Assembly: GCA_002308755.1 (NCBI GenBank)
Contig: DBVR01000003.1
Location: 1 to 55,889 of the forward strand
Source of the DNA: Christensenella sp. UBA1259
GTDB taxonomy: Bacteria > Bacillota > Clostridia > Christensenellales > Borkfalkiaceae
Reading direction: 5' to 3'
DNA: 55,889 nucleotides
Positions 8,844-18,019 of this stretch are shown piece after piece. Numbering within the stretch: the first letter of the stretch is position 1; each line of letters begins with the position of its first letter. The notes under the pieces are model-generated. The model was not told where the DNA came from and made no database searches. It saw only the letters and a list, made by a program, of their open reading frames with translations. A program made the position numbers and the translations under genes.

Positions 8844-9479
8844 ATGAAATTTATTCATGGGTCAAATTTGAAAATTGTCGGAAAAAAGACCGTATTCATA
8901 GATAAGACTGTCAGAATCGGTAACAACGTCGTAATTTACGAAAACAATCGCATAGAAGGCAACACCGTAATAGGTGACGACGTCGTAATTATGCCGAACT
9001 GTTACATAAAAAATTGCGTTATAGGAAACGGAACTACTTTTAACTTTTCACAGGCGGAAGACGCAAAAATAGGAAAAAACGTATCGGTCGGACCTTTTGC
9101 AAGACTTCGACCGAAAGCCGAAATACACGATAATGCAAAAGTAGGTAATTTTGTAGAAATAAAAAATGCCGTGATCGGCGAGGGAACTAAAGTTTCACAT
9201 CTTGCGTACGTCGGCGATGCAAATGTCGGAAATAATTGCAATATCGGTTGCGGTGCGATATTCGTCAATTATAACGGAAAGACCAAAAATCGCACCACTG
9301 TTGGGAATAATTGTTTTATAGGTAGCAACTGCAATATAATCGCGCCTGTAAATATCGGATCGGATTCGTATGTTTGCGCGGGAACAACCGTAACGGAAGA
9401 CATAAAAAGAGACGACTTTGTTATAGGAAGATCTCGCCAAACAGTAAAACCCGGAATGGCAAATAAATATCTTAAATAA
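8844..9479 (+). CDS. Stand-alone left-handed beta-helix acetyltransferase matching only the C-terminal (GlcN-1-P acetyltransferase) domain of GlmU
   Basis: 211 aa with hexapeptide repeats. GlmU C-domain motifs present: GPFARLRP, VGNFVEIKN, SHLAYVGDA, NIGCGAIFVNYNGKTK, AGTTVTED, RSRQTVK. No uridyltransferase domain is present. Has its own SD (GAGGAG). Confidence 0.8.
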   Translation: MKFIHGSNLKIVGKKTVFIDKTVRIGNNVVIYENNRIEGNTVIGDDVVIMPNCYIKNCVIGNGTTFNFSQAEDAKIGKNVSVGPFARLRPKAEIHDNAKVGNFVEIKNAVIGEGTKVSHLAYVGDANVGNNCNIGCGAIFVNYNGKTKNRTTVGNNCFIGSNCNIIAPVNIGSDSYVCAGTTVTEDIKRDDFVIGRSRQTVKPGMANKYLK

Positions 9480-9494
9480 AAAAGGAGTTTTCAT

Positions 9495-10814
9495 ATGGGA
9501 TTGTTTTTCGGCACGGACGGATTAAGAGGAAAAGTAAACGAAGATCTCACCTTTGACATTGCGTATAAAGTAGGAAATGCTCTTGCGACTTTAAAAGACA
9601 AACCGACGATCTTGATTGGATCGGACACGCGAATCTCGAACACCTATCTTACGCTTGGCGTCTCAAGCGGTGCAATGAGCGGGGGGGCGCGCGTTATTGA
9701 TGCGGGTGTCGTTCCGACGGCAGGAATCGCATTTCTTACCAAAAAAATAAATGCCGATTACGGAGTGGTAGTAAGCGCATCACACAACAGCGGAGAATAT
9801 AATGGCATAAAAGTTTTCAATTCCGAGGGGTATAAAATCGGCGATAAAGCAGAAGAACGTATTGAACGCTGTTTTATACACAATAAGATCAACGATTTCC
9901 CGAATATCGGAGTTTTTTTGCAAGATTTTACATTAATAAAACAGTACAGGAAATTTTTGGTGGACGCAAGCGAAAACAGTTTTACGGGTAAGACAATCGT
10001 TCTCGACTGCGCTTACGGCGCAGCACACAGAATAGCCCCCGACGTTTTCAGAAGGCTGGGTGCAAACGTAGTTGCTGCCAACGCCGTCAACGACGGACTG
10101 AATATAAATAACGGCTGCGGCGCATTATGTCCCGAAAATCTGGTTCGGCGTGTTTCCAGATATAAAGCCGATATGGGATTTGCATTTGACGGTGATTCCG
10201 ATAGACTTATCGCGGTGGACGAAAAAGGCAGAATAATCGACGGCGATATGATAATATGCGCGCTCGCAAAACACTTTAAAACACAAGGCAAACTTAAAGA
10301 CAACACGGTGGTGGGAACGAGTCACACGAATATGGCTATAGAATATGACCTTAAAAATTGCGGCATTTCTATGATAAGAACGGACGTAGGCGACAAGTAC
10401 GTTCTGGCAAAACTTCTGGAAAAAGATCTTTCCTTGGGCGGAGAGCAAAGCGGACACATAATACTGAAAGATATTGCTACGACCGGCGACGGAATTTTAA
10501 CGGCAATAACCGTTGCGAATATGGTAATAAGCCAAAATTGCCCGATGTCGGAAATATTTGACGTTGCTCTCTACCCGCAAGCCAATATAAATGTCGTGGT
10601 AAGCGATAAATTCCGAATAATGAATAATGAAATCCTTTCTAAAGAAATTGTGAGATACAACGAAGAATTACAAGGCAGGGGACGCATAATGATACGAGCG
10701 TCCGGTACCGAACCCAAAATAAGAATAATGGTTGAAAGCAAAGACAGCGATCTCAACGATAAAATCGCCGGAGCCATGGCGCAACTGGTAAAAAACATAG
10801 ATGGGAAAATTTGA
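9495..10814 (+). CDS. glmM: Phosphoglucosamine mutase
   Basis: 439 aa with FGTDGLRG at the N-terminus, active-site loop SASHNSGEYNGIK, FDGDSDR and GEQSGH. Confidence 0.9.
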   Translation: MGLFFGTDGLRGKVNEDLTFDIAYKVGNALATLKDKPTILIGSDTRISNTYLTLGVSSGAMSGGARVIDAGVVPTAGIAFLTKKINADYGVVVSASHNSGEYNGIKVFNSEGYKIGDKAEERIERCFIHNKINDFPNIGVFLQDFTLIKQYRKFLVDASENSFTGKTIVLDCAYGAAHRIAPDVFRRLGANVVAANAVNDGLNINNGCGALCPENLVRRVSRYKADMGFAFDGDSDRLIAVDEKGRIIDGDMIICALAKHFKTQGKLKDNTVVGTSHTNMAIEYDLKNCGISMIRTDVGDKYVLAKLLEKDLSLGGEQSGHIILKDIATTGDGILTAITVANMVISQNCPMSEIFDVALYPQANINVVVSDKFRIMNNEILSKEIVRYNEELQGRGRIMIRASGTEPKIRIMVESKDSDLNDKIAGAMAQLVKNIDGKI

Positions 10815-10867
10815 TTTTTTACGCAACAGATTTTTACCCAAAAACACACTAATCCGACGCCGAACCG

Positions 10868-10896
10868 TTGACAAAAATTAAAGATTGTGATAAATT
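10868..10896 (+). promoter_or_regulatory. SigA-type promoter (TTGACA-17-TAAATT) upstream of nagB
   Basis: TTGACA at 10868-10873 and TAAATT at 10891-10896. Confidence 0.45.
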
Positions 10897-10957
10897 GTTT
10901 TCGGTAGGTTTCCTGCGGAAAACGTAAGAACGATATTAAATTTTACGAGGTGAGAGT

Positions 10958-11707
10958 ATGAGAGTTATAGTTACGGAAAATTACGAAAAGTTAAGCGAAG
11001 TCGCGGCGGGAATAATAGCGAAAGTTATAGTCTCTAAACCCGACGCCGTGTTGGGGCTTGCCACCGGCACGAGTCCTATCGGAACTTATAAAAAACTTAT
11101 AGAATATTGCGAGAACGGGCTTTTGTCGTTCGCAAAAGTAAAGACGGCAAATCTCGACGAATACGTGGGACTATCTCCTTCGCACGACCAGAGTTACCAC
11201 TATTTTATGAACGACAACCTTTTCGATCATATCGATATCTTAAAGGACAACGTGCGCGTTCCCGACGGCACGGGCAAAGATCTCGATAAAAACTGCAAGG
11301 ACTACGACGCATATCTTGAAAAGACGCCGAGAGATCTGCAACTTTTGGGTATAGGCGGCAACGGACACATAGGTTTCAACGAACCAAAAACGCCTTTCGG
11401 AAGTAAGACGCATATAGTAGATCTTACCGAAAAGACGAGAAAAGACAATTCGAGACTCTTTAAGGAAGGCGAGACCGTGCCCGAAAAGGCGATAACCATG
11501 GGAATAAGCGAGATATGTCAGGCGAAAAAAGTCCTTTTGGTAGCCAACGGCGAAAACAAAGCCGACGCCGTTTACAAAATGGTGTGCGGGCCCGTTTCCG
11601 AAGACTGCCCCGCAAGCGTTCTGCAACTTCACCCCGACGCCGTAGTCGTTTTGGACAAGGCGGCGGCGAAGAGATTAGACGCAAGCGTTATAACCGAAAC
11701 TTTATAA
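10958..11707 (+). CDS. nagB: Glucosamine-6-phosphate deaminase
   Basis: 249 aa with LGLATGTSP, NLDEYVGL and LLGIGGNGHIGFNEP. Confidence 0.9.
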   Translation: MRVIVTENYEKLSEVAAGIIAKVIVSKPDAVLGLATGTSPIGTYKKLIEYCENGLLSFAKVKTANLDEYVGLSPSHDQSYHYFMNDNLFDHIDILKDNVRVPDGTGKDLDKNCKDYDAYLEKTPRDLQLLGIGGNGHIGFNEPKTPFGSKTHIVDLTEKTRKDNSRLFKEGETVPEKAITMGISEICQAKKVLLVANGENKADAVYKMVCGPVSEDCPASVLQLHPDAVVVLDKAAAKRLDASVITETL

Positions 11708-11724
11708 ACGAATAAAATATTTAC

Positions 11725-11762
11725 CGCCGCCCTTTTGCTTTAAGCAAAAGGGCGGCGTTTTT
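11725..11762 (+). terminator. Intrinsic terminator after nagB
   Basis: 14-bp stem CGCCGCCCTTTTGC/GCAAAAGGGCGGCG followed by TTTTT. Confidence 0.8.
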
Positions 11763-11783
11763 CTTGCCGTTTTTTTAAAAAAC

Positions 11784-11813
11784 TTGACAAAACCCGCCCT
11801 TGCATATTATAAT
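11784..11813 (+). promoter_or_regulatory. SigA-type promoter (TTGACA-18-TATAAT)
   Basis: TTGACA at 11784-11789 and TATAAT at 11808-11813. Confidence 0.5.
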
Positions 11814-11852
11814 TTTATAGAGAAACGTCAATAAAAGAAAAAGAGGTGCATT

Positions 11853-12401
11853 ATGTCGGAAACAAAAAAGAAAGTGAGTAAAAACGACTTGTCTTTAATC
11901 ATACGTTACTGCGTTACGGCGGTGGTGGGCGTGCTGTTCTGCATTTCCCCCGCTCTCGGCGAAACTTCCCTTTCCGTGCTTTTGGGAATAGGGTTTATCG
12001 TCATAGGCGCGGTATTTCTTTGTATATCGCTTATCGCGGAAAAATCGCTTATAAGCCTTAACGCCTTTATAGGCTACTTTGCCGTCGCTTTCGGTATTCT
12101 TTGCATAGACGCGAACATTATGTATATCGTGTTTTCCTACGTTCCGTATCTTCTGATAACGGCGGGCGCGGGAATAATGCTTGACGGCGTTTTATCTATT
12201 GCCCTTAAAACTTCGTCGAAGTCGGTCGCGCTCTTAAAACTTCTTCTCGGCGGCGTGATACTCGCCTTAGGGATCTGTCTTCTCACCGTCGATAAGTTCA
12301 AAGACTACGCAAGCGTGGTCTTAGGCGTTATTCTTATAATTCTCGCCCTCTACGGTCTTATATCGCTGTTTTCCAAAAACAAACGCTTAAAAGCCGAATA
12401 A
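11853..12401 (+). CDS. Hypothetical polytopic membrane protein (about 6 TM; possibly HdeD/DUF308-like)
   Basis: 182 aa, almost entirely hydrophobic helices. SD AGAGGTG upstream, flanked by a promoter and a terminator. Confidence 0.55.
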   Translation: MSETKKKVSKNDLSLIIRYCVTAVVGVLFCISPALGETSLSVLLGIGFIVIGAVFLCISLIAEKSLISLNAFIGYFAVAFGILCIDANIMYIVFSYVPYLLITAGAGIMLDGVLSIALKTSSKSVALLKLLLGGVILALGICLLTVDKFKDYASVVLGVILIILALYGLISLFSKNKRLKAE

Positions 12402-12420
12402 TTTAACCGAAAAAAAGTCT

Positions 12421-12457
12421 CGCCCCCTTCCGCGAACGCGGAAGGGGGCGAATTTTT
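12421..12457. terminator. Bidirectional intrinsic terminator between convergent genes
   Basis: 14-bp stem CGCCCCCTTCCGCG/CGCGGAAGGGGGCG with A-run upstream and T-run downstream. Confidence 0.8.
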
Positions 12458-12473
12458 ACTCTTTATCTTTTTT

Positions 12474-12914
12474 TCAGTTTATTATGTTGACTGTGATCTT
12501 CGCCGTTTCTTCGGCGGAAATGCGCACGGTAACGGGATACACCCCCGCAACCTTTATGTTGGATTGAAGTTGTATCTTCTTTTTGTCGATATCAAACCCC
12601 ATCTCGGCAAGTTTTTCGGCTATTTCTTTACCCGTGACCGCGCCGAAGAATTTACCGCTCTCCCCGCTCTTTACCTGCACGGTTATCTGTTTTCCGTCGA
12701 GTTTTTCCCTTAATTCCCTGTTGGCTTTTAAGAGTTGGTCTTTATGGTACTTTTCCGCTTCTTTCTGCGCCCTGTTCTCGTTGAGTGCGGCGGCGTCCGC
12801 CGCCTTTGCGAGTCCGTTCTTTATAAGGTAGTTGCGGGCGAACCCGTCTTTCGCTTCTATCACGTCGCCCGCTTTTCCCGAACCTTTAACGTCTTTCAAT
12901 AAAACGACTTTCAT
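12474..12914 (-). CDS. rplI: 50S ribosomal protein L9
   Basis: 146 aa beginning MKVVLLKDVKGSGKAGDVIEAKDGFARNYLI. Confidence 0.95.
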   Translation of the reverse strand: MKVVLLKDVKGSGKAGDVIEAKDGFARNYLIKNGLAKAADAAALNENRAQKEAEKYHKDQLLKANRELREKLDGKQITVQVKSGESGKFFGAVTGKEIAEKLAEMGFDIDKKKIQLQSNIKVAGVYPVTVRISAEETAKITVNIIN

Positions 12915-13022
12915 TTTCTTCGCTCCTTTACTTTATTTTACATTAAACGCATGGTTTTTGTCAATCGCCGTCGGTATATTTTCACTCCGTTTCGGTCATA
13001 ATAAGTAAAAAAGGAGATTTTC

Positions 13023-13169
13023 ATGAAAAACAATTACTGTATTAAATGCGACGTTACAAAATGCCGCCACAACACCGAAAAGGGCTATTGCGGTTTGGGC
13101 GACATAAAAGTTACCTGCGGCAACGGCAAAGATTGCACCCGTTGCGACGACTATTCCGAAAACGCGTAA
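13023..13169 (+). CDS. Small Cys-rich protein, DUF1540-like
   Basis: 48-aa ORF, not in the ORF track: MKNNYCIKCDVTKCRHNTEKGYCGLGDIKVTCGNGKDCTRCDDYSENA. SD AAGGAGA lies 7 nt upstream and a terminator follows directly. The C-V-x2-C-x-h-N...C...I-x-V pattern fits DUF1540. Confidence 0.6.
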   Translation: MKNNYCIKCDVTKCRHNTEKGYCGLGDIKVTCGNGKDCTRCDDYSENA

Positions 13170-13185
13170 ACTTTGCCAAAAACTT

Positions 13186-13214
13186 AAAGACGGTCGCTTT
13201 TGCGACCGTCTTTT
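13186..13214 (+). terminator. Intrinsic terminator after the DUF1540-like gene
   Basis: Stem AAAGACGGTCGC/GCGACCGTCTTT with loop TTTT. T residues at the 3-prime end. Confidence 0.7.
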
Positions 13215-13413
13215 CATATATTATTCCGGAATTTATGGTTTGTTGGCGGAATCTCCGTCCGTTTTCCCCCTTTCCCTTCCTTACAAGAAGATTGTAACAC
13301 AATATCTGCGTTTGTCAAGGGGTATTTTAAAATTTTTTCGCAAAATCGTGAAAAACTTGCGGTTTTTACCCGTTTCGGCGGGAAAACAAGGTAAGAAAAC
13401 GGCGGTTTTTATG

Positions 13414-13442
13414 TTGACAAAACTTATAGTATATTATATAAT
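13414..13442 (+). promoter_or_regulatory. Consensus SigA-type promoter (TTGACA-17-TATAAT) for greA-lysS
   Basis: TTGACA at 13414-13419 and TATAAT at 13437-13442. Confidence 0.65.
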
Positions 13443-13483
13443 CTATAAAGAAAATTATCGCTATTTATATAAGGAGACGAAAA

Positions 13484-13942
13484 ATGGCAGAAGAAGTAAT
13501 TCTTACCAAAGAAGGAAAAGAGGAACTGGAAAAACGTCTGGAATACTTAAAGATAACCAAGCGCAAAGAGATAACCGAAAGAATAAAGACGGCGAGAGAG
13601 TTCGGCGACCTTTCGGAAAACGCCGAATACGACGCCGCTAAAAACGAACAAGCCATGATAGAAGGCGAAATTCTCGAAATAGAGAATAAATTAAAGTACG
13701 CGGTCATCATAACCGACGCCAAAAAGGGCGTCGTTTCCTTGGGCAGCAAGGTAGATTTTTCGATAGATAACGAGAGTTTTCTCTACGAAATAGTGGGCAC
13801 GACCGAAGCCGACGTGGAACTCGGCAGGATTTCCAACGAATCGCCTATCGGCAACGCGCTTTTGGGACACCGCGCGGGCGACAAGTTTTCCGTCGTTACC
13901 CCGTCGGGCACGGTAAATATCACCGTCAAAAAAGTTTCTTAA
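13484..13942 (+). CDS. greA: Transcription elongation factor GreA
   Basis: 152 aa with FGDLSENAEYDAAK in the coiled-coil domain. Confidence 0.95.
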   Translation: MAEEVILTKEGKEELEKRLEYLKITKRKEITERIKTAREFGDLSENAEYDAAKNEQAMIEGEILEIENKLKYAVIITDAKKGVVSLGSKVDFSIDNESFLYEIVGTTEADVELGRISNESPIGNALLGHRAGDKFSVVTPSGTVNITVKKVS

Positions 13943-13957
13943 AAATCGGAGAATAAA

Positions 13958-15457
13958 ATGGAAGAAAATAAAACCGCCGAAACCCCTTCTCTCGACCTGA
14001 ACGAAATACTTATGCAGAGAAGGGAAAAACTCGCCGCCCTTAAAGCCGCGGGCAAAAACCCATACGAAAAGGTGAAATACGCCCGTACGGCAATGAGCGC
14101 GGACATAAAAGAAAACTATCCCGCTTACGAAAACAAGACGGTGGGAATCGCCGGCAGGCTTATTTCCAAGCGCGTTATGGGCAAGGCGTCTTTCGCCGTT
14201 ATTTTAGACGGCAAAGGCACGATACAAAGTTACCTTTCGGTAAACGATCTGGGCGACTCCTACGCCGACTTTAAAGACTACGACATAGGCGACATAATCG
14301 GCATAACGGGGTTCGTGTTCACTACCCGCACGGGGGAGATTTCCGTGCACGCCAAGGAAGTGGAACTTTTATCCAAGTCCCTTCTTCCCCTTCCCGAAAA
14401 ATATCACGGGCTTAAAGACGAAGACACGAGATACCGCAACAGAGAAGTAGACTTAATCGCCAACCCCGAAGTGAAAAAGACCTTTACCATGCGTTCCAAA
14501 ATACTCACGGAAATACGCAGGTATTTAGACGGCATAGGGTATCTCGAAGTGGACACCCCCGTTCTGCAACCTTTGGAAATAGGGGCGGCGGCAAGACCGT
14601 TTAAGACGCATCACAACGCTCTCGATATAGACATGTATCTCCGCATAGAAACGGAACTCTACTTAAAGCGGCTTATAGTCGGGGGTTTTGACAGGGTGTA
14701 CGAAGTGGGAAGGATCTTCCGCAACGAAGGTATGGACAGGTCTCACAACCCCGAATTTACCACCGTGGAAATGTATCAGGCGTACAGCGACTACAAGGAA
14801 ATGATGGACGAGATAGAAGACCTGTATCGCACCGTCGCCAAAAACGTGTGCGGTACGACGGAAATCGTCTATCAGGGCGTTACGATAGATTTGGGAAAAC
14901 CGTGGGAACGCCTTACCATGGCGGAAGCGGTGGAAAAATATGCCGGCGTAAGGTATTCCGACTGGAAGACCGACGAAGACGCGAGAAAGGCGGCAAAAGA
15001 TAAGGGCGTTACGGTGGAAGAAGGAGATTCCGCCACCAAAGGGCACGTTCTTATCGCGTTTTTCGACGCGTTCGTGGAAGAAAAACTTATCGAGCCCACG
15101 ATAATCTACGACTACCCCGTGGAAAATTCGCCTTTGGCGAAGAGAAAACCGACCGATCCCGCTTTTACCGAGCGTTTCGAATATTTTATCTACGCAAGGG
15201 AGATGGGTAACGCCTTTTCGGAACTCAACGATCCCATTGACCAGCGGGAAAGATTTGTAAAACAGGTGGCGGAAAAACGTGCCAAAGGCGGCAACGACGC
15301 CAAACTCGACGAAGATTTCCTTACCGCGCTGGAATACGGTATGCCGCCGACGGGCGGGCTCGGATTCGGCGTGGACAGACTCGTTATGCTGCTCACCGAC
15401 TCGGCTTCCATAAGGGACGTAATACTCTTCCCCACCATGAAACCGCTGAAAAAATAA
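13958..15457 (+). CDS. lysS: Lysine--tRNA ligase (class II)
   Basis: 499 aa with an OB-fold N-domain, FRNEGMD, and GGLGFGVDRLVMLL near the C-terminus. Confidence 0.95.
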   Translation: MEENKTAETPSLDLNEILMQRREKLAALKAAGKNPYEKVKYARTAMSADIKENYPAYENKTVGIAGRLISKRVMGKASFAVILDGKGTIQSYLSVNDLGDSYADFKDYDIGDIIGITGFVFTTRTGEISVHAKEVELLSKSLLPLPEKYHGLKDEDTRYRNREVDLIANPEVKKTFTMRSKILTEIRRYLDGIGYLEVDTPVLQPLEIGAAARPFKTHHNALDIDMYLRIETELYLKRLIVGGFDRVYEVGRIFRNEGMDRSHNPEFTTVEMYQAYSDYKEMMDEIEDLYRTVAKNVCGTTEIVYQGVTIDLGKPWERLTMAEAVEKYAGVRYSDWKTDEDARKAAKDKGVTVEEGDSATKGHVLIAFFDAFVEEKLIEPTIIYDYPVENSPLAKRKPTDPAFTERFEYFIYAREMGNAFSELNDPIDQRERFVKQVAEKRAKGGNDAKLDEDFLTALEYGMPPTGGLGFGVDRLVMLLTDSASIRDVILFPTMKPLKK

Positions 15458-15460
15458 TTT

Positions 15461-16411
15461 ATGGATAATAAGATAAACCGTAAAAGGCTGTCGAATTTTC
15501 TTTCCTACGAGTGGATACTGATGCTGATTTCGGTATTCGCCGCGATACTTGCCTTTGAACTTATATACACCGTATCGGCTACCCGCGTAACCACGGGGCA
15601 GTATTTTAAGTATTATCTCGACAAAAATCTTTCGTCGGACGTCGCGGACTTTTATATCGCTCTCGGTTACGAACCGGGTAAAAACGGCAAGACTTTCAGT
15701 TACGAAATACTGGATCTCGGTATGGAAAGCGTCGTCTTTTCCGACGAAGTGCTTACCGCGCGTCTTTCGGTACAGGAAGGCGACGTTATTTTTTCCGACG
15801 TGACGGAAGAAGAAGACGGTTCGTCGCGGGCGAAGACTTTGATAGACAACTACCCCTTGATGTCGCTTGACGAACTTCTCGCTTCGGCGAAGGAATATAT
15901 CGCGGGCTTTAAGGAAGGCGGCGCGCTCTCCGACGACCTTATAATACGGCATTTCAACGAGCGTATGAAAAAGGACAACCGTTTCCGCACCGAAGAACAA
16001 AGGGCGGAAGGCAGACTTCTCGAAATAGGTCGGATACAGAAACTTGCAAAAGACGTGGAAGATTTCGAGAAGATATTTGCGGCGGGAAACGAAGGGCTGT
16101 TCTTTAACTACACGAAGTACGCCCAAACTCTCGCTCTTAACCCCGAATCGGAAGACGCGCAGATTCTCTACGACAGGGAAATAGCCGCGGGCAGGGAAAA
16201 CGCCAAATACGGTATACGTCTTTCGGCTTTAACTTACGAAGGGACGGACAAAAAGGACGTTTCGAGATTTTTCCAGAAAGTAGATACGGGCACGGCGGAA
16301 GACGTTATAGTTATGGTGTTCGATTTTACTTCGTATCAACCCGACCTGCAATTCGAGACGATATCTTTTATAGACACGATACTGCGCGAGTGCAGCGACC
16401 TTTTGGACTGA
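15461..16411 (+). CDS. Hypothetical protein with one N-terminal TM anchor
   Basis: 316 aa. Tightly packed between lysS (3-nt gap) and tmk (13-nt gap). No motif I recognise. Confidence 0.55.
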   Translation: MDNKINRKRLSNFLSYEWILMLISVFAAILAFELIYTVSATRVTTGQYFKYYLDKNLSSDVADFYIALGYEPGKNGKTFSYEILDLGMESVVFSDEVLTARLSVQEGDVIFSDVTEEEDGSSRAKTLIDNYPLMSLDELLASAKEYIAGFKEGGALSDDLIIRHFNERMKKDNRFRTEEQRAEGRLLEIGRIQKLAKDVEDFEKIFAAGNEGLFFNYTKYAQTLALNPESEDAQILYDREIAAGRENAKYGIRLSALTYEGTDKKDVSRFFQKVDTGTAEDVIVMVFDFTSYQPDLQFETISFIDTILRECSDLLD

Positions 16412-16424
16412 TAAGGAAACCATT

Positions 16425-17048
16425 ATGAAAGGCAAATTCGTTACCTTCGAGGGGTGCGAAGGAGTGGGCAAGTCCCGCCAGATAAAACTTCTCGAAGAAT
16501 ATCTTTCGGAAAACGGCGTAAAATATTTTCTCACCCGCGAACCGGGCGGGACAGACGTTTCCGAGCAGATACGGAAAATTCTTTTAGACGGCAAAAACGC
16601 CGAAATGACCGACCGCTGCGAAGCGCTGCTTTACGCCGCGTCGCGGGCGCAAGTCGTGTCCGAAACCATACTCCCCCGCCTTAACGCGGGAGAACTCGTG
16701 TTCTGCGACAGGTTCGTGGACTCGTCCTTTGCCTATCAGGGAAAGGCGAGAAATCTGGGGTATAAGTTCATAGAAGAGATAAACTCTTTCGTTCTTGAAT
16801 GCTGTATGCCCGACGTAACGATATTTTTGGATCTTTCCCCCGAGCAGGCGTTTTTGAGAAAGGGCGGCGCGGATATGACCGACAGGCTGGAAACTTCCGG
16901 CACGGATTTTCACCGCGCGGTGTATAAGGGGTATCTGGAACTTGCCGAAAAATACAAGGACAGGATAGTAAAAATAGACGCTTCGGGTTCTAAAGCCGAA
17001 ACTCACGCGAAAATAATAGCCGCGCTGAAAGAAAAAGGTGTGATATGA
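16425..17048 (+). CDS. tmk: Thymidylate kinase
   Basis: 207 aa with P-loop FEGCEGVGKS and TREPGGT. Confidence 0.9.
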   Translation: MKGKFVTFEGCEGVGKSRQIKLLEEYLSENGVKYFLTREPGGTDVSEQIRKILLDGKNAEMTDRCEALLYAASRAQVVSETILPRLNAGELVFCDRFVDSSFAYQGKARNLGYKFIEEINSFVLECCMPDVTIFLDLSPEQAFLRKGGADMTDRLETSGTDFHRAVYKGYLELAEKYKDRIVKIDASGSKAETHAKIIAALKEKGVI

Positions 17049-18019
17049 CGGAATTTTTGTCTTTGCTGAAAAAAAGCGGCGCGTACAAAACGGTGAAAGC
17101 CGATCTTAAAGGCGACAGGCTTTCCCACGCGTATCTTATTCTCTGCAAAGATAAAAAATACTTAAAAAGCGTGCTTCGCGTTTTCGCGAAGCTTATCGTG
17201 TGCGAAAAGGACGATCCCTGCGGGGAGTGCAGAAGTTGCCGTCTTATAGACCAAGGAATTTTCCCCGACGTGCGCGAATACCCCGTAAAGGGCGAACAGA
17301 TAGTTAAAGACGATATTGTTTCGCTTATAGAAGAAAGTTTTTTAAAACCCGTCGAAGGCGACAGAAAAATATTTCTTCTAAATAACGCCGAAAGCATGAA
17401 CGCGGTGGCGCAGAACAAACTCTTAAAGACGCTGGAAGAACCGCCGGAAAACACCGTCATTATTCTCAGCGCGACGGGAGAGTATTCGCTGCTTCCGACG
17501 GTAAGATCGAGAGTAAAGACCATTACCGTGGAAGAGTTTTCTCCCGAAGAACTGTTCGACGCGATACAGGATAACTTCCCCGATAAAGACCGCCTTAAAA
17601 CGGCGATAGCCTGCGGGGACGGCACGGTAGGGACGGCGGAAACCCTTTACGGCGACGAAGATTTTTTAAGGGCGACGGAGTTTACCAAAGACCTTATACT
17701 CAACATGCAAAGCAGTAAGGATTTGCCAAAGTTTTCAAAACGACTGACTGCGGAAAAAATAGATTTTTCGGAATTTTTGTCGGTGTTCGAGATAACGCTA
17801 CGCGATATGTTGTGTAATCTTTCGGGCGGAAAACCCATAAACGGCGAATTGTTTTCGCAGGTTAAAGACGCGGTCGGCTTTAACGTCGGCGCGATATTAT
17901 ATATCAACGATAAAATACGGGAAGCGAGAAGACGGATAAAGGCTAACGCCAACGCGCAGATGCTTTCCGACTGGTTTCTTTTTTCGGTGTTGGAGGGTAA
18001 ACACAAATGGTCAAAATAG
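17045..18019 (+). CDS. holB: DNA polymerase III delta-prime subunit
   Basis: 324 aa with SHAYLI, zinc module CGECRSC and LLKTLEEPP. 4-nt overlap with tmk. Confidence 0.85.
   Translation: MTEFLSLLKKSGAYKTVKADLKGDRLSHAYLILCKDKKYLKSVLRVFAKLIVCEKDDPCGECRSCRLIDQGIFPDVREYPVKGEQIVKDDIVSLIEESFLKPVEGDRKIFLLNNAESMNAVAQNKLLKTLEEPPENTVIILSATGEYSLLPTVRSRVKTITVEEFSPEELFDAIQDNFPDKDRLKTAIACGDGTVGTAETLYGDEDFLRATEFTKDLILNMQSSKDLPKFSKRLTAEKIDFSEFLSVFEITLRDMLCNLSGGKPINGELFSQVKDAVGFNVGAILYINDKIREARRRIKANANAQMLSDWFLFSVLEGKHKWSK

Noticed and set aside
12996-13217. 73-aa minus-strand ORF
   Set aside because: It overlaps the better-supported plus-strand DUF1540-like ORF, which has an SD and a terminator. It would also have to read through that terminator.
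14663-16126. 487-aa minus-strand ORF antisense to lysS and the following gene
   Set aside because: It lies entirely antisense to two well-supported genes. Composition is low-complexity and rich in F, R, V and K. It has no SD or promoter and no recognisable motif. It looks like a by-product of codon bias that removes stops on the opposite strand.
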